A stretch of DNA of 64,000 nt from Octopus vulgaris (lineage: Eukaryota), in assembly GCA_951406725.2 (NCBI GenBank), contig OX597814.1:107198001-107262000 (forward strand), given 5' to 3'. Below, piece by piece: positions 27,376 through 40,515 of the stretch. The position numbers and the translations under genes were made by a program. The notes beneath the pieces are model-generated. The model did not search any database, was not told the origin of the DNA, and saw nothing but the letters and a program-made list of their open reading frames with translations. The stretch's first letter is position 1. Each line of letters begins with the position of its first letter.

Positions 27376-28904
27376 ATTGACTTGTAGTTTATCAACAACG
27401 GATTAGTAGAACCATTAGTGCATTAGACAAAATCTCTGTGGCATTTAGAGGCCCTTATGTTCTAAGTTCAAATCCCGCTGTAAGTTAACTCTGTCCTTCA
27501 TTTTTCCATAGGCTGATGAAACAAAGTACCAGTCAAATACTGAGTCTGTTAATAATCCTGTGAAACATCCGAGATGTGAACGGAATTAGAAGAGAAGACT
27601 CCAGGGAAAATGGAAAGCAAAGTTATCCTCGGTGGGATTTGAACTTGGAGGACAAAGAATTAGGATTAAATACTGCAAAGAATATTCCTTTCTTAATCCA
27701 GAGATCAATTTGATCCTTTAATAAAAGGTCAATAAGTTCATCTGTGACCTTTTGAATCATGGAAATTTTCCTTGTTAAATTTCATTCTGTGGCCATCCTT
27801 GTCTGTGAATCCTGCTTGTGAATATTTGATTACAATTTGTTACACTGTCATTTCTTATTAGAATCGGTTAATATTGTGGTTTTGAAATGAGATGTCAGGC
27901 AATTCTTCTAATGTTCAGAGATTTATGAATATTCATTGCCGTTCTTCAGATTTCAACTGTTGCCTGGCACTACCAGCCTGCAACAAGTCATTTCTGGTTT
28001 TGACATGTCTTCTATATTGAGAAGCCGTTGTCCTGAAGGAATTCTCATTGTCTAATTAGAAAGAATTTATCTGCAGAAGAAAACTCAATTTAGCACAGTG
28101 TTAATGTCTTTAATCACAATCACTTACGATGACACTTATTTATTTTTATTTTTTTATTTTTTATTTTTATTTTATTTTTGTTCTTGTAAAAGGAAAATAT
28201 TCAATTTCTTGAAGAATTAGAAAATTATAAGTATTAAGCAAATGAAACAACTCTGAAAATGTGCATCACTACCATCATTTAACATCTACTTTTCTGTGCT
28301 TGCATGGATCAGATGGAATTCTGTGAGGCAGATTTTCTACAGTTGGATGCCCTTTCGTCACCAACTCTTACCAGTTTCCAAGCAACAGAATATTTCATCC
28401 ATGGTTGGATGAAATGACTATATTCATTTATTCAGCTGCAAAATATGACTCAAAATACAAAATATATATAAACAAAATATAAAAATATAAATAAACAAAA
28501 TATGTATAAACAAAATACAAAAAACAAAATGTGACTCAAAATACAAAATCTGACTCAAAAGCTAAAAATTTTGTGCATGGCACTTCTCAGAGGTTCAAGT
28601 GCAATGCATGAGACTCACATCCATCGAGTCACTTGTGAATTTCATGGTTTACTGTTGGTTGAAGCTTTATCAAGCCTGAGAAAGTAGACCTTCACTGGCA
28701 GCAGTGGTGGCCATCATACATGAATGGCAATGAAATACTGTCATTTCTATACCTTCAGGTACACAAAAGGCGTTGTATGGGCAGGGATAGTTGAAATGAT
28801 AGTTCCCTGCATGGATGTGTCCTCTGTTGGGGTCCTGTACATTTGAAGCCATTGTCTTCATTGATCACCAAGGGACAAACATAACTTTAGTGATCTTCTT
28901 CTGT

Positions 28905-28939
<35 letters not shown>

Positions 28940-29424
28940 CTGGCCTCTGTGCCAATGGCACGTAAAAAACACCATTCGAGTGTGATCGTTACCTGCGTCG
29001 CCTTACTGGCACTTGTGCTGGTGGTACGGGAAAAAAACATTTGAGCGAGGTCGTTGCCAGTACCCCTGGACTGGCTCCCCATGCAGGTGGCACATAAAAA
29101 GCACCATTTGAGCATGGCCATTGCCAATACCGCCTGACTGGCCCTCGTGCCGGTGGCACATAAAAGCACCCACTACATTCTCGGAGTGGTTGGTGTTAGG
29201 AAGGGCATCCAGCTGTAGAAACTCCGCTTGATCAGATTGGAGTCTGGTGCAGCCATCTGGTTCGCCAGTTCTCAGTCAAATCGTCCAACCCATGCCAGCA
29301 TGGAAAGCGGATGTTAAACGATGATGATGATGATGATATACACACACACAGACTATATGTACCCAAAAATGGCTTGTTGGGTCATAACCACTCCAAGTTG
29401 AAAATGTTGATGCACAACAGGAAA

Positions 29425-29695
29425 GGAAAAAAATACTATTTTGAACTTTATGTAATAAAATTTTTTGATAATACAGTTTCCCTGCCTTTGGTTTGACAAC
29501 ATAAAGACAACCAAGTGTTTCTTCTTTGAAAACGTTCAAATAACCTTCAACTTTTTTTCCTCGCTTTCTTCTCCTTTGCCATTCATTGTTATTATTGTTC
29601 CAAGTGAAATATACGGGTACTTCAGCATAAAGCAATGTCTTTGTAAAGTCATCATTGATGCACAATGAAAACAATTCTGTCAATGTTGTTCATCG
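29425..29695 (-). mobile_element. Helitron RepHel fragment, continuing the above after a LINE-UTR insertion
   Basis: TELFSLCINDDFTKTLLYAEVPVYFTWN...WQRRRKRG...LGCLYVVKPKAGKLYYQKILLHKV, against the recalled consensus AKTLLYxEVPxYYTW...RRKRG...LGRxYxVHP...YYLRLLLHxV. Confidence 0.88.
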
Positions 29696-30130
29696 ACTTC
29701 CACGGGCACAAGTGCCTTACTGGCACTTGTGTCCATGCTATTAGGGTGCTGAGAACACCATCCGAGCGTGATCGTTGCCAGAGCAGTCAACTGGCTTCTG
29801 TGCCGGTGGCACATAAAAGGGCACCATTCAAGTGTGATCGTTACCAACGTCACCTTACTGGTACCTGTGCCGGTGGCATGTGTAAAAAGATTCAAGCGAG
29901 GTCGTTGCCAGTACCGTCTGACTGGCCCCCGTGCCGGTGGCACATAAAAAGCACCCACTACACTCTTGGAGTGGCTGGCGTTAGGAAGGGCATCCAGCTG
30001 TAGAAACTATGCCAGATCAAGATTGGAACCTGGTGCAGCCATCTGGTTCGCCAGCCCTCAATCAAAGTCGTCCAACCCATGCTAGGATGGAAAGTGGACG
30101 TTAAGCGATGATGATGATAATATATATATT

Positions 30131-30351
30131 CCCATGATTTTTGAGCAACATTCTTTGTTCATCTGGGGTTGATGAACTTGCAGTCTCATTATTGCAGTTG
30201 CTCTTTCTTGAATTAAAAATTCTAAAATAGCTGCAACTGCTTCGAATGGTCCAATACACCTCTCCGCTAGATATTAACTAATTTCGTTTTCACAGCAGCT
30301 TGCATACTTGATGACATACTTAATTGACCTCACCAAGGCAACAATTTCAAC
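30131..30351 (-). mobile_element. Helitron Rep fragment with the catalytic KYxxKY motif
   Basis: Minus-strand VEIVALVRSIKYVIKYA...NEIS*YLAERCIGPFEAVAAILEFLIQERATAIMRLQVH, against the recalled Helitron consensus NVExCxSVKSIKYxxKY...DEIxxYxxxRYISxxEAxWRIxxFxIHxRxPxVxxLxVH. Confidence 0.85.
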
Positions 30352-30599
30352 CCAGTGCACTCTCTAAAGTGGTTGGCATTAGGAAGGGCATCCAACAGTA
30401 GATATCATGCTAAAACAAACAATTGGAGCCTGGTGCAGCTCTCTGGCTTGCCAGCTCCTGTCAAAACCATCCGACCCATACCAGCATGGAAAAACAGACC
30501 TAAGATGATGATGATGATAGGTAGCTGGATTAACAATAAAGGCCTTAAGAAGAAAACTATTTTATTTTTTTAAAATTTTAGCATTTTTCAAAGGAGTCT

Positions 30600-31100
30600 G
30601 AGAAAGCAATTGTAATAATCAAATTAAATTATTTGCTCAATACCAGCTGATGTCCTCCACTACACCAATTTTCCAAAGACTCTAAAATTGGCTAAAATCA
30701 TGAAATATGATATTTGTGTTGGATCTCTCTACCAAAGCATTTCAAGCTTCATCCAAAATGATGTTGGAATAATGTTAAATAGTCTTCGATGCTGCAGAAG
30801 CCATGCTGTTTGGGATTTGTTACAGTCGCTGTCCAGGAAGTCTGTTATTCTTCCTCTCATCTCTCTCCTTAACACTGGAATGGTATGAGAGGTAAATGAG
30901 ATTTGATGCTAATTTACTGCAAATAACTTGCTTCCCTTCTTGAAGACTGGAATGACAGATTAAAATAGAAAACGGTCTGATATATAAGGTGTGTTCTGTA
31001 ATTTCCTCCAGAGATTAGCTAGAAGGGATGTAAGCTGGTGTTAACTTCCTTTCAGATACAAACAAGGAATATATCAGAGCTTTCTGCTGGATGGATTTCA
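30600..31100 (-). mobile_element. Old CR1/Jockey-group LINE RT fragment
   Basis: Minus-strand VIPVFKKGSK..N*HQISFTS...RITDFLD...NPKQHGF...NIIFHDFS, a decayed form of PIFKKG/NYRPISLTS/QHGF/YLDFSKAFD. Confidence 0.7.
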
Positions 31101-31424
31101 GATCCATGGACACCATAGGCAGCAATAAATAAGAATTTTATTTTATTTATTGCTACTTTGACGTCCATGGTGCTGAAAGCTCTGTCAGGAATGATATTAT
31201 ATTTATTTCATTAATTTTGCGCAAGTCAACCACATCAACATCACTGAAAATGGAACAGTATTGTTTCTGTAGAATCTCCTCACCACCACCATTCCTTTGG
31301 CTTTGTGGATAATGGATGAAACAATGGTTCTGCATTCATTGGTAAATGAGTAGATCACTTTTGGGTTATTTTCTAAACAGACCAATCTTCACTGGTCCTT
31401 TGATTATTATTATTATTATTATTA

Positions 31425-32715
31425 CGAGGGGCGTTCAGTAAGTAATGCCCCTGACCCACTTCCCATAGCAGTAGAGCAACGAAACTTGGCACAGTTATTA
31501 GTCTTTTTCTACATAGGAATCACCCAGAGTTACGCATTTCTCCCATCGTTTGATGCGGCTCTGGAGACTGTTTTTGTGGAAGAACCCAGCTTGGTCCTCC
31601 AACCTCAACGTGACTTCAGAAATCAAGGCTGCATCATCTGGGAAACACTTTCCTTTCAAAAACAACTTCATGATTGGGAAGAGGTGAAAATCAGAGGGTG
31701 CAAGGTCAGGAAAGTAGGGGGGATGGGGAGGAGTTCATAGCCATACGCCTGTGCTTCTGATCTGGCGACAAGCGAGTTGTGGACCGGAGCGTTGTCCTGC
31801 AGGAGGAGGATGCCTTTGCTGATCTTGCCCCGCCTCTTGATTTTGATAACTTCTCTTAATTTCCTCAAAAGTGAAGCATAATAGGCTCCTGCAATTGTGG
31901 TACCCTTTGCCAGGAAATCTGTCATCACTACTCCGTCCTGGTCCCAGAAGACTGTGAGCCTGACCTTGCCAGCGGAGGGCTGCACCCTTGCCTTCTTTGG
32001 AGGGGGTGAGTCACAGTGCTTCCACTGCATTGACTGGGATTTGGTCTCTGGATCATCGTGATGGACCCAGATTTCATCCTGTGTAATCAGTCTTTTGAAA
32101 AATTTTGACTCATCTTCTTGGCACATCTCCAAATTCACCCTCGAGCACTCGACATGTTCTTGCTTCTGGAAAGGCGTGAGCAACCTGGGAATCCATCTGG
32201 CAGACACCTTTTGCATATGCAAATGGTCATGAATGATAGTTTCCACAGACCCGGTACTAATCTTGACCCCATGGGCTATTTGGCGAATAATTATGCGTCG
32301 ATCTTCTAAAATGGCAGCCTCAACTTGACAGACAGATGCCTCATCAATGGCAGAAGGGGGCGACCAGATCTGGGAGCTGTTTCCACAGAGTTCTGACCAT
32401 GTTTGAATTCACGATGCCAGCGTTTTACAAGGTCATATGATGGGGCATCATCACCATAAGTTACTTTCATTTCATCAAAAGTCTCCCGTGGTGTGCGTCC
32501 TTTCAAATACAAAAACCGGATCACTGCTCGACACTCAACAGGCTCCATTTCACACTTGACTCGGTTCAAACACCTGTAAATCAGAAACCACAATTAATTC
32601 AGAGCTGTAATTTGCCACTTACTCTATAGAGATATAAATGATTGCACATGCAAAATTTCAGCTAGATCAAACAACTGCAAGTGGGTCAGAGGCATTACTT
32701 ATTGAACGTCCCTCA
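31425..32715 (-). mobile_element. Full-length (1291 bp) mariner DNA transposon
   Basis: 37-bp TIRs, CGAGGGGCGTTCAGTAAGTAATGCCCCTGACCCACTT at 31425-31461 and its inverse at 32679-32715 (4 mismatches). TA TSD at 31423-24 and 32716-17. Inserted at the end of a (TTA)n tract. Confidence 0.96.
31498..32548 (-). pseudogene. Mariner DD34D-type transposase with frameshifts
   Basis: MEPVECRAVIRFLYLKG...WHREFKHG...PRSGRP (HTH), frameshift, then KVSARWIPRLLT (WVPHEL-like), ITQDEIWVH, LLQDNAPVH, frameshift, then PYFPDLAPSDFHLFP...RWEKCVTLGDSYVEKD*. Confidence 0.93.
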
Positions 32716-32779
32716 TATAATGGTAACTTCTATTCTGTTCTACAGATAATATTTTTCCAATTCTACCATTGTTATTGCT

Positions 32780-33005
32780 GCCAAATGAGGCTGCTGCTGT
32801 AGCTAATTGCTTTTTCTGTTAATTTCCTTTTGCGTGCCTTCATTTGTTTTAGTCCATGTGTAACGATGGTGGTGTGGTCTAAGTATATCTTGCATGTTTC
32901 TAACTGCAACAACTGTGACCTCAAGTAGCTCTGAAGAGGTTTCGATAGGAAGCTGGCCATAAAAGAGTCATCGGCAAGCAAGAGGTCATGTATTATGACA
33001 CTCCA
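32780..33005 (-). mobile_element. Decayed RTE-like RT fragment
   Basis: The minus strand reads VIIHDLLLADDSFMAS, resembling the IRDLLFADDCAL active-site motif. Confidence 0.45.
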
Positions 33006-33050
33006 ATTTGCTTGTGCAACTCAGTACTATCAATTAGGTGTGCTGGGGTA

Positions 33051-33200
33051 AGTCTGGCTTAATCTTTGAGTCTGGCTTAATCTTTGAGTCTGGCTTAATC
33101 TTTGAGTCTGGCTTAACCTCCGAGTCTGGCTTAACCTCCGAGTCTGGCTTAACCTCCGAGTCTGGCTTAACCTCCGAGTCTGGCTTAACCTTCGAGTCTG
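33051..33200. repeat. 18-bp minisatellite, about 8 copies in two variant blocks
   Basis: gagtctggcttaatcttt x3, then gagtctggcttaacctcc x4, then a variant. Confidence 0.92.
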
Positions 33201-34113
33201 GGGTAGGTCAGGCTGGAAGAGGTTATAAGTGACAGTACAAAAGAATGGCAGGGTAGAGAGTAAGAGTAAAATGAAACCATAGGGAGATGATGGGGTGAGA
33301 GGCAGGGTGCACAGTGATAGATGGAGGTCAGAGGAATGTAGGAATGAAAATATTGATAAAGGTAGAGGATCATCAAAAGCAGACCACAACACAGAATCTC
33401 TTGTTGCCAATTTTGTTGAGATGGCGCTGTCACATCTGCAGTGTCAGGAACATGCCACGTATTGCCCAAATGACGTGAGCATCAAGGGTGAAAAATCACT
33501 AAAGGCTATGATTTTGTGAAGGGCACTCCTTGTAAAAACCCACATTGCAAATTATTTTACAACTGCTTTATTCAACCTATTCTACAAATTAGTTACCCCA
33601 CTGCTTCTGGTGTTTCGAAGCGCATCCAACCATAGGAAGCATACCAAATCAGTCATTGGAACCTGGTGCAATCCTCTGGCTTGCCAGCTCCTGCTGAATC
33701 ATCCAACCCATGCTGACATGAATGGAGGATGTTAAATGATGTTGATTTGCAAAGAAAGACATGAATGAAGGAAAAGATTCCATAAACTTTAAATGGTAAC
33801 CAGACATCTTTTTCCGAGAAATAAGCAAATCACTGCCGGCCAGATTCTAACAGGAATTCCTCCATGAGTGGATTGTGAGGTGTTAGAATAATGGGCATCA
33901 CGAGGGAGAGCGATTAGACATGGCTTGCGCTGCATGTGTTCAGCTAAATATTAGTGTGTGTGTGTGTCTGCATGCATAAGTAAATACATGTATGCATGTA
34001 TCTATATACATGCATTTGCATGGGATAAGATATGCATGTGTATATGTGTGTATGTATATATATATATATATATATATAGTGCGTGTGTGTGTATATATAT
34101 GTGCACATGCACA

Positions 34114-34314
34114 CAATTGCATCATTGTAGATGTTTATAAGCCATTTAAGAACACACAAAATACTATGCTGCACGAAGTTTTGTCAGTGAATAGGTTGCG
34201 GTTCCAAAGCGCCGAAAATATTTTAACACAAATTAAATTTAAATGTTGAAGTGAATCTAATGGTTTTTTTGTGTGTTCTTAAATGGCTTATAAATACCTT
34301 CCATACTGCAATTG
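34114..34314. repeat. Inverted repeat, about 48-bp arms
   Basis: caattgca...tttataagccatttaagaacacacaaaa pairs with ttttgtgtgttcttaaatggcttataaa...tgcaattg. Confidence 0.75.
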
Positions 34315-35103
34315 TTTTTGTTTCAGCACATGGTCTCAAATCAGGTCACTTGCTATGCAAGTAGATCTCCATATTATATATATATAGTTCAAATTTATAG
34401 AAAACAAAAGATGACAGGTGAGGGAACAGCAAGCAGGTGTATTAGTTTGGTACTAGGGAAGAATGGAAAAGTCATCGACATTTCGATATAAAGTTCTTTT
34501 TCTTACTGATATAATGTTCAAATTTCTTCCCAATGGAGAAAGACCCAGTTGTTTATAATGCAGAAATAGGCTCTTTTATTGAAATTTAGATACCAGTGGT
34601 GTGTGTGTGTGTGTGTAGATAGATGGATGTACACAAATTTGCATATATACAAACATGGATGCTTGTGGACTTGTCTGTTTTGACTCTTATGCATACATTT
34701 GTACAAGTTTGTATGTCTACATGTGTACATGCATGTCTACATGTGTACATGTGTGTATGCATATCAGTTACTGTGTAATAATTCAATCAGTCAAGCGAGC
34801 TCAATATCTGTCAAAATTAAACCCGTTCTTCCTTTGAGACAATTACGTTAGGAGAGGTTACTATAGTTTCATATCAGCTGAGATCATTGAGTCAAACAGA
34901 TTCAATTAATTCCTTGCCAGCTTATCAGACAATTTGGAAACAAACAAAATATGGCTGATGAGAAAGAACAAGAATAACAGAACATAATGTTATTTGGTGC
35001 AGCAATAAATAATTGAACTGTTGGTTAATTAAGATTGAATTTATTCCCTTCACTGGAGCCAGTGATACTCAAAAAAAATCTCATCAAATATAATTGCCTA
35101 GAA

Positions 35104-35601
35104 CAATGGTTCTTAACCATTTTCTTCCTTACCAATGGACCCCTTGGACTTCCATTTTATTCTGATGCACCTCTGTTACCATTTAATATTTAAAAAGGCA
35201 GTGAGCTGGCAGAACTGTTAGCACGTCAGGCGAAATGCGTAGCCGTATTTCGTCTTTGCCTTTCATCCTTTTGGGGTTGATAAACTAAGTACCAGTTACG
35301 CACTGGGGGTCAATGTAATCGACTTAATCCGTTTGTCTGCCCTTGTTTGTCCCCTCTTTGTTTAGCCCCTTGTGGGCAATAAAGAAACAGATATTTAAAA
35401 ACTAGTTTTATAAACACATCTTTTGAAATTCCTAGTTTGTTTGTCACACATTAAATTGTGTAGGCTAAAAGGGAAAGAAACCTAACCACTTCTTGCAATA
35501 AATACATCTAAAACAAAAATTCTGCATGGACACATAAAATATTACTATTTTGCCTGTGTGGACCCCAAAAATCTTATATGGACCCCAGTTGAGAACCATT
35601 G
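35104..35601. mobile_element. hAT/Charlie-like MITE with a nested SINE (35197-35390)
   Basis: TIRs CAATGGTTCTTAAC and GTTGAGAACCATTG. Subterminal tggacccc repeats. The nested SINE has an 11-bp TSD ATATTTAAAAA at 35186-96 and 35391-401. Confidence 0.75.
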
Positions 35602-35628
35602 GTCTTGTGCACAAAAATAGGAATTCAG

Positions 35629-35662
<34 letters not shown>

Positions 35663-36006
35663 GCAAATGTGTGTGTCTAAAGAGTTAACATAGGGTGAAA
35701 AATATATAACAAATGTTTTAATGTGAAAAACATCAGAAAAAGTGTTACTTTTCAAATGCAGTGTGTAGTAGAGGTATTTTTTTATTGTCACTAGTTCGCT
35801 GCTGATGATATTTTCCAGAATGCAAGTATAAATTTATCTGCATAAGGAGAGTTACTGAAGATTTCACTTCTGCTATTAAAGCTTTTTTTCTTTTTAAGTT
35901 TTTAATTTATTTAAGATGTATGCCATCTCAATCCAGCATAGCTAGCAGTTCTTAATCCCACTAATGTTTGGCCTTGATTCATCCACGATCTTCTATTTGA
36001 CACTGT

Positions 36007-36393
36007 GGATGGAAGCACTCCGTCGGTTACGACGACGAGGGTTCCGGTTGATCCGAATCAACGGAACAGCCTGCTTGTGAAATTAACGTGTAAGTGGCTG
36101 AGCACTCCACAGACACGTGTACCCTTAACATAGTTCTCGGGGATATTCAGTGTGACACAGAGTAACAAGGCCGGCCTTTTGAAATACAGGTACAACAGAA
36201 ACAGGAAGTAAGAGTGAGAGAAAGTTGTAGTGAAAGAGTACAGCAGGGATCACCACCATCCCCTGCTGGAGCCTCGTGGAGCTTTTAGGTGTTTTCGCTC
36301 AATAAACACTCACAACGCCCGGTCTGGGAATCGAAACCGTGATCCTATGACCGTGAGTCCACTGCCCTAACCACTGGGCCATTGTGCCTCCAC
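36007..36393 (-). mobile_element. Full-length tRNA-derived SINE, family C, with a perfect 12-bp TSD
   Basis: TSD ATTTGACACTGT at 35995-36006 and 36394-36405. Minus-strand head tggcccagtggttagggcagtggactcacgg...ggtttcgattccc. Confidence 0.88.
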
Positions 36394-37338
36394 ATTTGAC
36401 ACTGTAATCCACTCCTTTCTTCAATTTTCAGATCTGATTCACTAGAGTCATTGCAGTTCTGTGTGTTCAAAAGAAGTTTGGTGTTTATGAGATCTTTGCT
36501 TGAATTTACCTTCAGTTATATCTTCGTATTTTTTTTTTTTAACATGGTTGAGGTAACTTTGTCCTCATAAACAACCAATTCTGGGTTACATCCTTGGTTT
36601 AAAGTACTCAGTGCCCTTCAAAACAGACTTAATTAATTTGGTATTTAGCAGAAAAAATATGAGATTATGACCCTTTTCCATTCCAACCGCTAACAGAAAG
36701 TTTAGAACATGCAGTTTGACACACAGACATTGTCTGAGTTAGCACACATACGAATGTTGGTCATCACTGCATGTCCACTTTCCACATTGACACAGGTTGA
36801 ACAAATTGTTGCAGTTAATCATTTATTCAACTGGCAGAATCATTAGCAGGCTGGCAAAAATGCTGAGTGGTGTTTACATTTTAGGTTCAAATTCCACCAA
36901 GGGCCATTTTGCCTTTCATCTTTTCACAGTTGATAAATTAAATACCAGTTGAACAAAGGGGTCAATGCAACTGCTGGCCCTGTGCCAAAATTTGAAACTA
37001 CTGTTCATCCACTCTACAGTTTGTGCAGGGTACATTTTTTTATTGCAGAATCACTTCTAGGGGTTGCCCCTTGGGTTGGGAGCAGTTTTCATGGTGCTTA
37101 TTGCCAAGACGGTGTATAATGAAAGGCCTCGTGCTTTAGTTATCTGAAATTGGCAATAAAAATGGTTAGCAACAACGATTACATAAATAATTCAGAGCAA
37201 AATGGAAATGCGTCTTATCTTTGTGGTTGCACGGAGCACAGAGTAGCTATCTGTTTAAAATGGCTGCTTGCTATCTTGTTAGCTTGTGTACACATGGACA
37301 ACAATAAATCTAGGAGACAAGTATGTGTTTATATACAT

Positions 37339-37512
37339 AGGCGTAGGAGTGGCTATGTGGTAAGTAGCTTGCTTACCAACCACATAGTTCTGGGTTCAGT
37401 CCCACTGCGTGGCACCTTGGGCAAATGTCTTCTATTATAGCCTTAGGCCAACCAAAGCCTTGTGAGTGGATTTGGTAGACGGAAGCTAAAAGAAGCCTCT
37501 TGTATATATGTA

Positions 37513-37565
<53 letters not shown>

Positions 37566-37765
37566 TTGTCCCCCAACATCACTTGACAACCGATGGTGGT
37601 GTGTTTAAGTCCCGGTAACTTAGCGGTTCGGCTAAAGAGACTGATAGAATAAGTACTAGGCTTACAAAGAATAAGTCCTGGGATCGATTTGCTTGACTAA
37701 AGATGGTGCTCCAGCATGGCTGCAGTCAAATGACTGAAACAAGTAAAAGAACAAAAGAATAAAAT
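37339..37765 (+). mobile_element. Full-length tRNA-derived SINE, family A (internal TA/TG microsatellite). Other copies at about 648-1320, 1628-2018(-), 3738-4110, 8700-9035, 22443-22885, 24000-24352(-), 42765-43125(-), 53100-53315(-), 58350-58803(-) and 59900-60110
   Basis: Head ggagtggctatgtggtaag...gggttcagtccca (A/B boxes), a ccttgggcaa block, a central microsatellite, and the 3' end ccagcatggc..cagtcaaatgactgaaacaagtaaaaga. Confidence 0.88.
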
Positions 37766-38885
37766 ACTTGGATATGTGATACGAGGGAGAACACGATGCA
37801 GGTTATGTCAGACTCATTAAAAGGATTTTGCAGTTTCCAAATACCGTTTGGTGATTAAAAACAGCCACAAAATATGATTATAAAAATAATTCATAATAAA
37901 ATTGAAAAAATGCCTTATTTTGTGCAGTGTCTGGGTATTTTCAGAACCTTGCTTCTTGCTGTTTTTAATGCCTTCAAATGTAGCTAGATGAGCTGAGCAT
38001 GTGTGCTCTGGTAGTGCTGCATACTTTGATGCCAGAACTCGCATCAAAACAGTTTTGTATCCAGCAGCATTTCTTCTCAAATGCCTTGAGTGCTGTTGAC
38101 AGTGTCCCTGGGAGAATCCCATTTCAGCTGTGCATTTCCTAATGGTTCGTTTGCAAGAAAATCCTTCTCTAGGGTCTGTTTCCATCAGTTTGTCTTGTTG
38201 AATTTTATTAGCATCAAAGGATAGCTTTTGGGTTTACCATAATACGTCTTTTGTCAAAGTCTGTAAAGTAAAGAGAGATTCACGTCACATTTGGCACTCT
38301 CAAAAGAGCATGTGTCTTTGGTGGCAACATGATTATCCAATCTGATGCCAGTATTTGGAGCTGAGATGTCTCCAATGCCTTTTGAACTAACCTTTGGTGA
38401 CAATTAGGGGCAGGTGCAAAGATTGAGCACTATAATTATTATTTTTCATGCTGCTAATCCCATACCATTTGATGAATCATAGCTGAGACCTACAATGGTG
38501 AGAAATCAAGTAATGGTAACTGTTCCTGACACGGAATCTCTTGTGGTTGTAGGACTCCATTCTTTGAATCTTTTGTACAGCATTTGGATGTAGATGTCAA
38601 GACCTTAATTATTCAGGCCTTCCTGCACCCACATGTATGTATTTATGTCTGTGTTTGTGTGTGTGTTTATATGTGTATGTACTCAGACATATGAATCTAG
38701 AACACACACCTTACTATAAAGGACACAGTATCTGGTGGTAGCTCGTTACTGAGAGGGATTCCTCATTAAAAGAAACGAGGCAGATTAAAGCGAAATGGAT
38801 TCTCATCTCTATAGAAAATAGAAAAAAAACAACTAATAGATTAGTTGGGAGATGATTGAAGTTTTATATATCATTAAAGTGCATG

Positions 38886-38944
<59 letters not shown>

Positions 38945-39702
38945 TGATTTAAACTAGCTAAATGGTTTTAATATTTTTGTTTTTGCATAAGATTCTTTCT
39001 GAAGAGTCTTTTTTTCCAGAAAACAACTTTCCAGTCGAGCAGAGGCTGCAAGGCTTTCATTTATTTATATATCTATCTATTAAGTTTTATTTTTTTATGT
39101 TACCGGCATAAAATGTTTTTCAGGCTAGAACGTCTATTTTCAGTTATATATATATATAATTTGTTTTTATTTTTAAAATCTCAAAGTTGTTTTCAGACGA
39201 AATGGAAATTAATTATTTTTTTCTAACATTAGAGACTTCAGGATTTAAATTAATAACTAACATGCATGAAAGTTCATGTGTATAGGTGCTGTGCATTCCT
39301 GTATGTGTATGTACACAAATTTTAGTGTGTATGTATGTGTGTGCATGTATATGTATGACTTTGTACATGTGGGGTATATTTAAGGGAGTGATTTTTATCA
39401 TTACCTTGGGTGAAATTTGGTGGAGAGAAGTCTGAGAGAGGCAGTTCTTGTAATTCAAAGAGTTAGCTTTGTCCCACATTGAGTTCCACAGATTCTGCCT
39501 GACAATAATATTTAAAGTTCCACGTGTCTCTAGAACATTCACTCGCAGATGAATTCAATGAACAGGTCATTCAGTTGACTGAACAAACGGAGTATTGATC
39601 ATTAAAGTCAGATTTCCGTTGCTTGTGTGTAGAATATATGTGAGTGACGGCTGGTAGGAATAGTGTAACCAGCCATCACTCACGAGCGAGTACATGCTGA
39701 GG

Positions 39703-40013
39703 CAGTGGCGGACTGACCAGGTTGCCGGCTCGCCTGATGGCAAGTGACCCCTGTGCCATTAGAATCCATATATGGGGGTCCATGTTAGTATCTAAGGGGC
39801 TCACCCCCTCAAGTTTGAGAATTTTTTTATTCACTCCTGGAAGAATGCATTAATTATTTCAACCCGGCTGTGTTTGTGGACAGTTGAAAAGAAAACTTTT
39901 AACAAAAAAAAATTAAATGAAAGCATTGTAGTTGTGGGTGGGCCCCCTTGTAGTTGCAGGTAATCCCCCTTAGTCTCCTGGCAACCAATATTTTTAGATC
40001 CAGTCTGCTGCTG
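39703..40013 (-). mobile_element. hAT-type MITE (same family as 25147-25422)
   Basis: TIRs CAGTGGCGGACTG and CAGTCTGCTGCTG. 8-bp TSD TGCTGAGG / TGTTGAGG. Confidence 0.85.
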
Positions 40014-40282
40014 TGTTGAGGTATCCGGTCTACCAAGTAGCCATATATGAGAAGCAAAAATGTCCAAGGAGAGAGAGAAAGAGATATGAAACCCAGTAAC
40101 ACAATGCTGCAACAATAACTTCATTGGAGGTGTTGACAGGGGACCGAGGCTCCTGGTGGTTTGCTGTGCTAGGAAAGACACCTTGAGCTAAGTAAAAGCA
40201 TGGTTGTCTTTGCATACAGGCTGGTCCCTGTATCCCTCTCCAACTGAGCATTCCTTATCTTGTAGGGGCTGCTGCCATGTAA

Positions 40283-40515
40283 GGCGGCGAGTTGGCAGAA
40301 TCGTTAGCATGCCGGATGAAATGCTTAGCGGTATTTCATCTGCCGTTATGTTCTGAGTTCAAATTCCGCTGAGGTCGACTTTGCCTTTCATCCTTTCGGG
40401 GTCGATTAAATAGGTACCAGTTATGCACTGGGGTCGATATAATTGACTTAATCCGTTTGTCTGTCTTTGTTTGTCCTCTCTGTGTTTAGCCCCTTGTGGG
40501 TAGTAAAGAAATAGG
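40283..40515 (+). mobile_element. tRNA-derived SINE, family B. Other copies at about 1020-1244, 14583-15040, 23590-23995, 35197-35390, 36830-37000, 52530-52945 and 55965-56305
   Basis: ggcggcgagttggcagaatcgttagc...gagttcaaattcc head, central gcctttcatcctttcggggtcgat..aagtaccag block, and tail gccccttgtggg..taaagaaata. Confidence 0.88.

Noticed and set aside
26834-27406. 36-bp repeats as a CRISPR array or repeat protein
   Set aside because: The units are contiguous with no unique spacers, there are no cas genes, and the context is eukaryotic. The ORFs arise from the unit length.
37817-38640. 122-aa minus-strand ORF and adjacent unique sequence
   Set aside because: Possibly a decayed transposase, but I cannot identify diagnostic motifs or termini.
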